NCBI GenBank assembly: GCA_035283985.1
Contig: DATESQ010000026.1
Location: 644-64,643, forward strand
Reading direction: 5' to 3'
Length of the DNA stretch: 64,000 nucleotides
Origin: Thermoplasmata archaeon
Lineage (GTDB): Archaea > Thermoplasmatota > Thermoplasmata > RBG-16-68-12
The notes below the pieces were generated by a model. The model worked only from the letters and a program-made list of their open reading frames with translations. It did not search any database and was not told where the DNA came from. Positions 63,980-64,000 of this stretch are shown here, in pieces (position 1 is the stretch's first letter; each line of letters begins with the position of its first letter). The position numbers were made by a program, and so were the translations under genes.

Positions 63980-64000
63980 GGCCGCCGTGAGGAAAAACGA

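Noticed and set aside
1-64000. CRISPR arrays, IS elements, integrases, prophage genes
   Set aside because: No regularly spaced repeats, and no transposase/integrase/recombinase-like ORFs in any frame. The only mobile-element-like signal is the 37-bp direct repeat pair, reported as a finding.

Overview
This 64 kb window is high-GC (~65%), densely coding and archaeal in gene content. Archaeal markers include a class I CCA-adding enzyme, TrpB2, an Nre-family protein, a PAC2 proteasome chaperone, porCDAB, an energy-converting [NiFe]-hydrogenase, an archaeosortase, HTH_10 and Lrp-TRASH regulators. I found no rRNA, tRNA, CRISPR array, transposase or integrase. Gene starts below were re-derived by reading the sequence, because many entries in the six-frame track are over-extended or are GC-driven antisense shadow ORFs. 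Content in order:
1. 1-9.8 kb: housekeeping genes. A Ras/Rab-like small GTPase (partial at the window edge), pyrF, trpB2, cca, Nre-family, DUF2085, a MarC-family gene with an internal in-frame TGA, and a truncated short-chain dehydrogenase (SDR).
2. 9.9-15.4 kb: a compact copper-homeostasis operon on the minus strand. It contains a YHS mini-protein, CopA, two TRASH/zinc-ribbon mini-proteins, a MacB-type ABC ATPase and permease, and a third TRASH mini-protein. A divergently transcribed Lrp/AsnC-TRASH (CopR-like) regulator sits next to it.
3. 15.5-22.6 kb: PAC2, DoxX, a PhoU-like regulator, a GyrI-like protein, a DASS-family anion permease, and an arsR-DMT exporter-unknown operon with a palindromic operator.
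4. 22.5-36 kb: a hydrogen-metabolism supercluster. hypC-hypA, then pyruvate:ferredoxin oxidoreductase porCDAB, convergent on a 13-gene group 4 membrane-bound [NiFe]-hydrogenase operon. That operon carries a hycI protease, a NuoI-like ferredoxin, NuoH/D/C/B-like subunits, three MrpD-type antiporter subunits and MrpC/MrpB-like subunits, but no MrpEFG.
5. 36-47 kb: a CoA-transferase/GNAT fusion gene flanked by a 37-bp imperfect direct repeat, one copy of which is the 3' coding end of a stand-alone A/V-ATPase subunit-I homologue co-operonic with tandem UspA. Then HTH_10, CBS, an FrhB-like protein, leuCD/hacAB-type dehydratase, prs and a nicotinamidase-like hydrolase.
6. 47.5-64 kb: an archaeosortase with a C-terminal cytoplasmic zinc-finger extension and a SAM methyltransferase. 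They open a ~15 kb surface-glycan cluster (2 GT2, 4 GT4, hexapeptide acetyltransferase, NAD-epimerase, DegT aminotransferase, CE4 deacetylase, Wzx flippase, second methyltransferase, large polytopic membrane protein).
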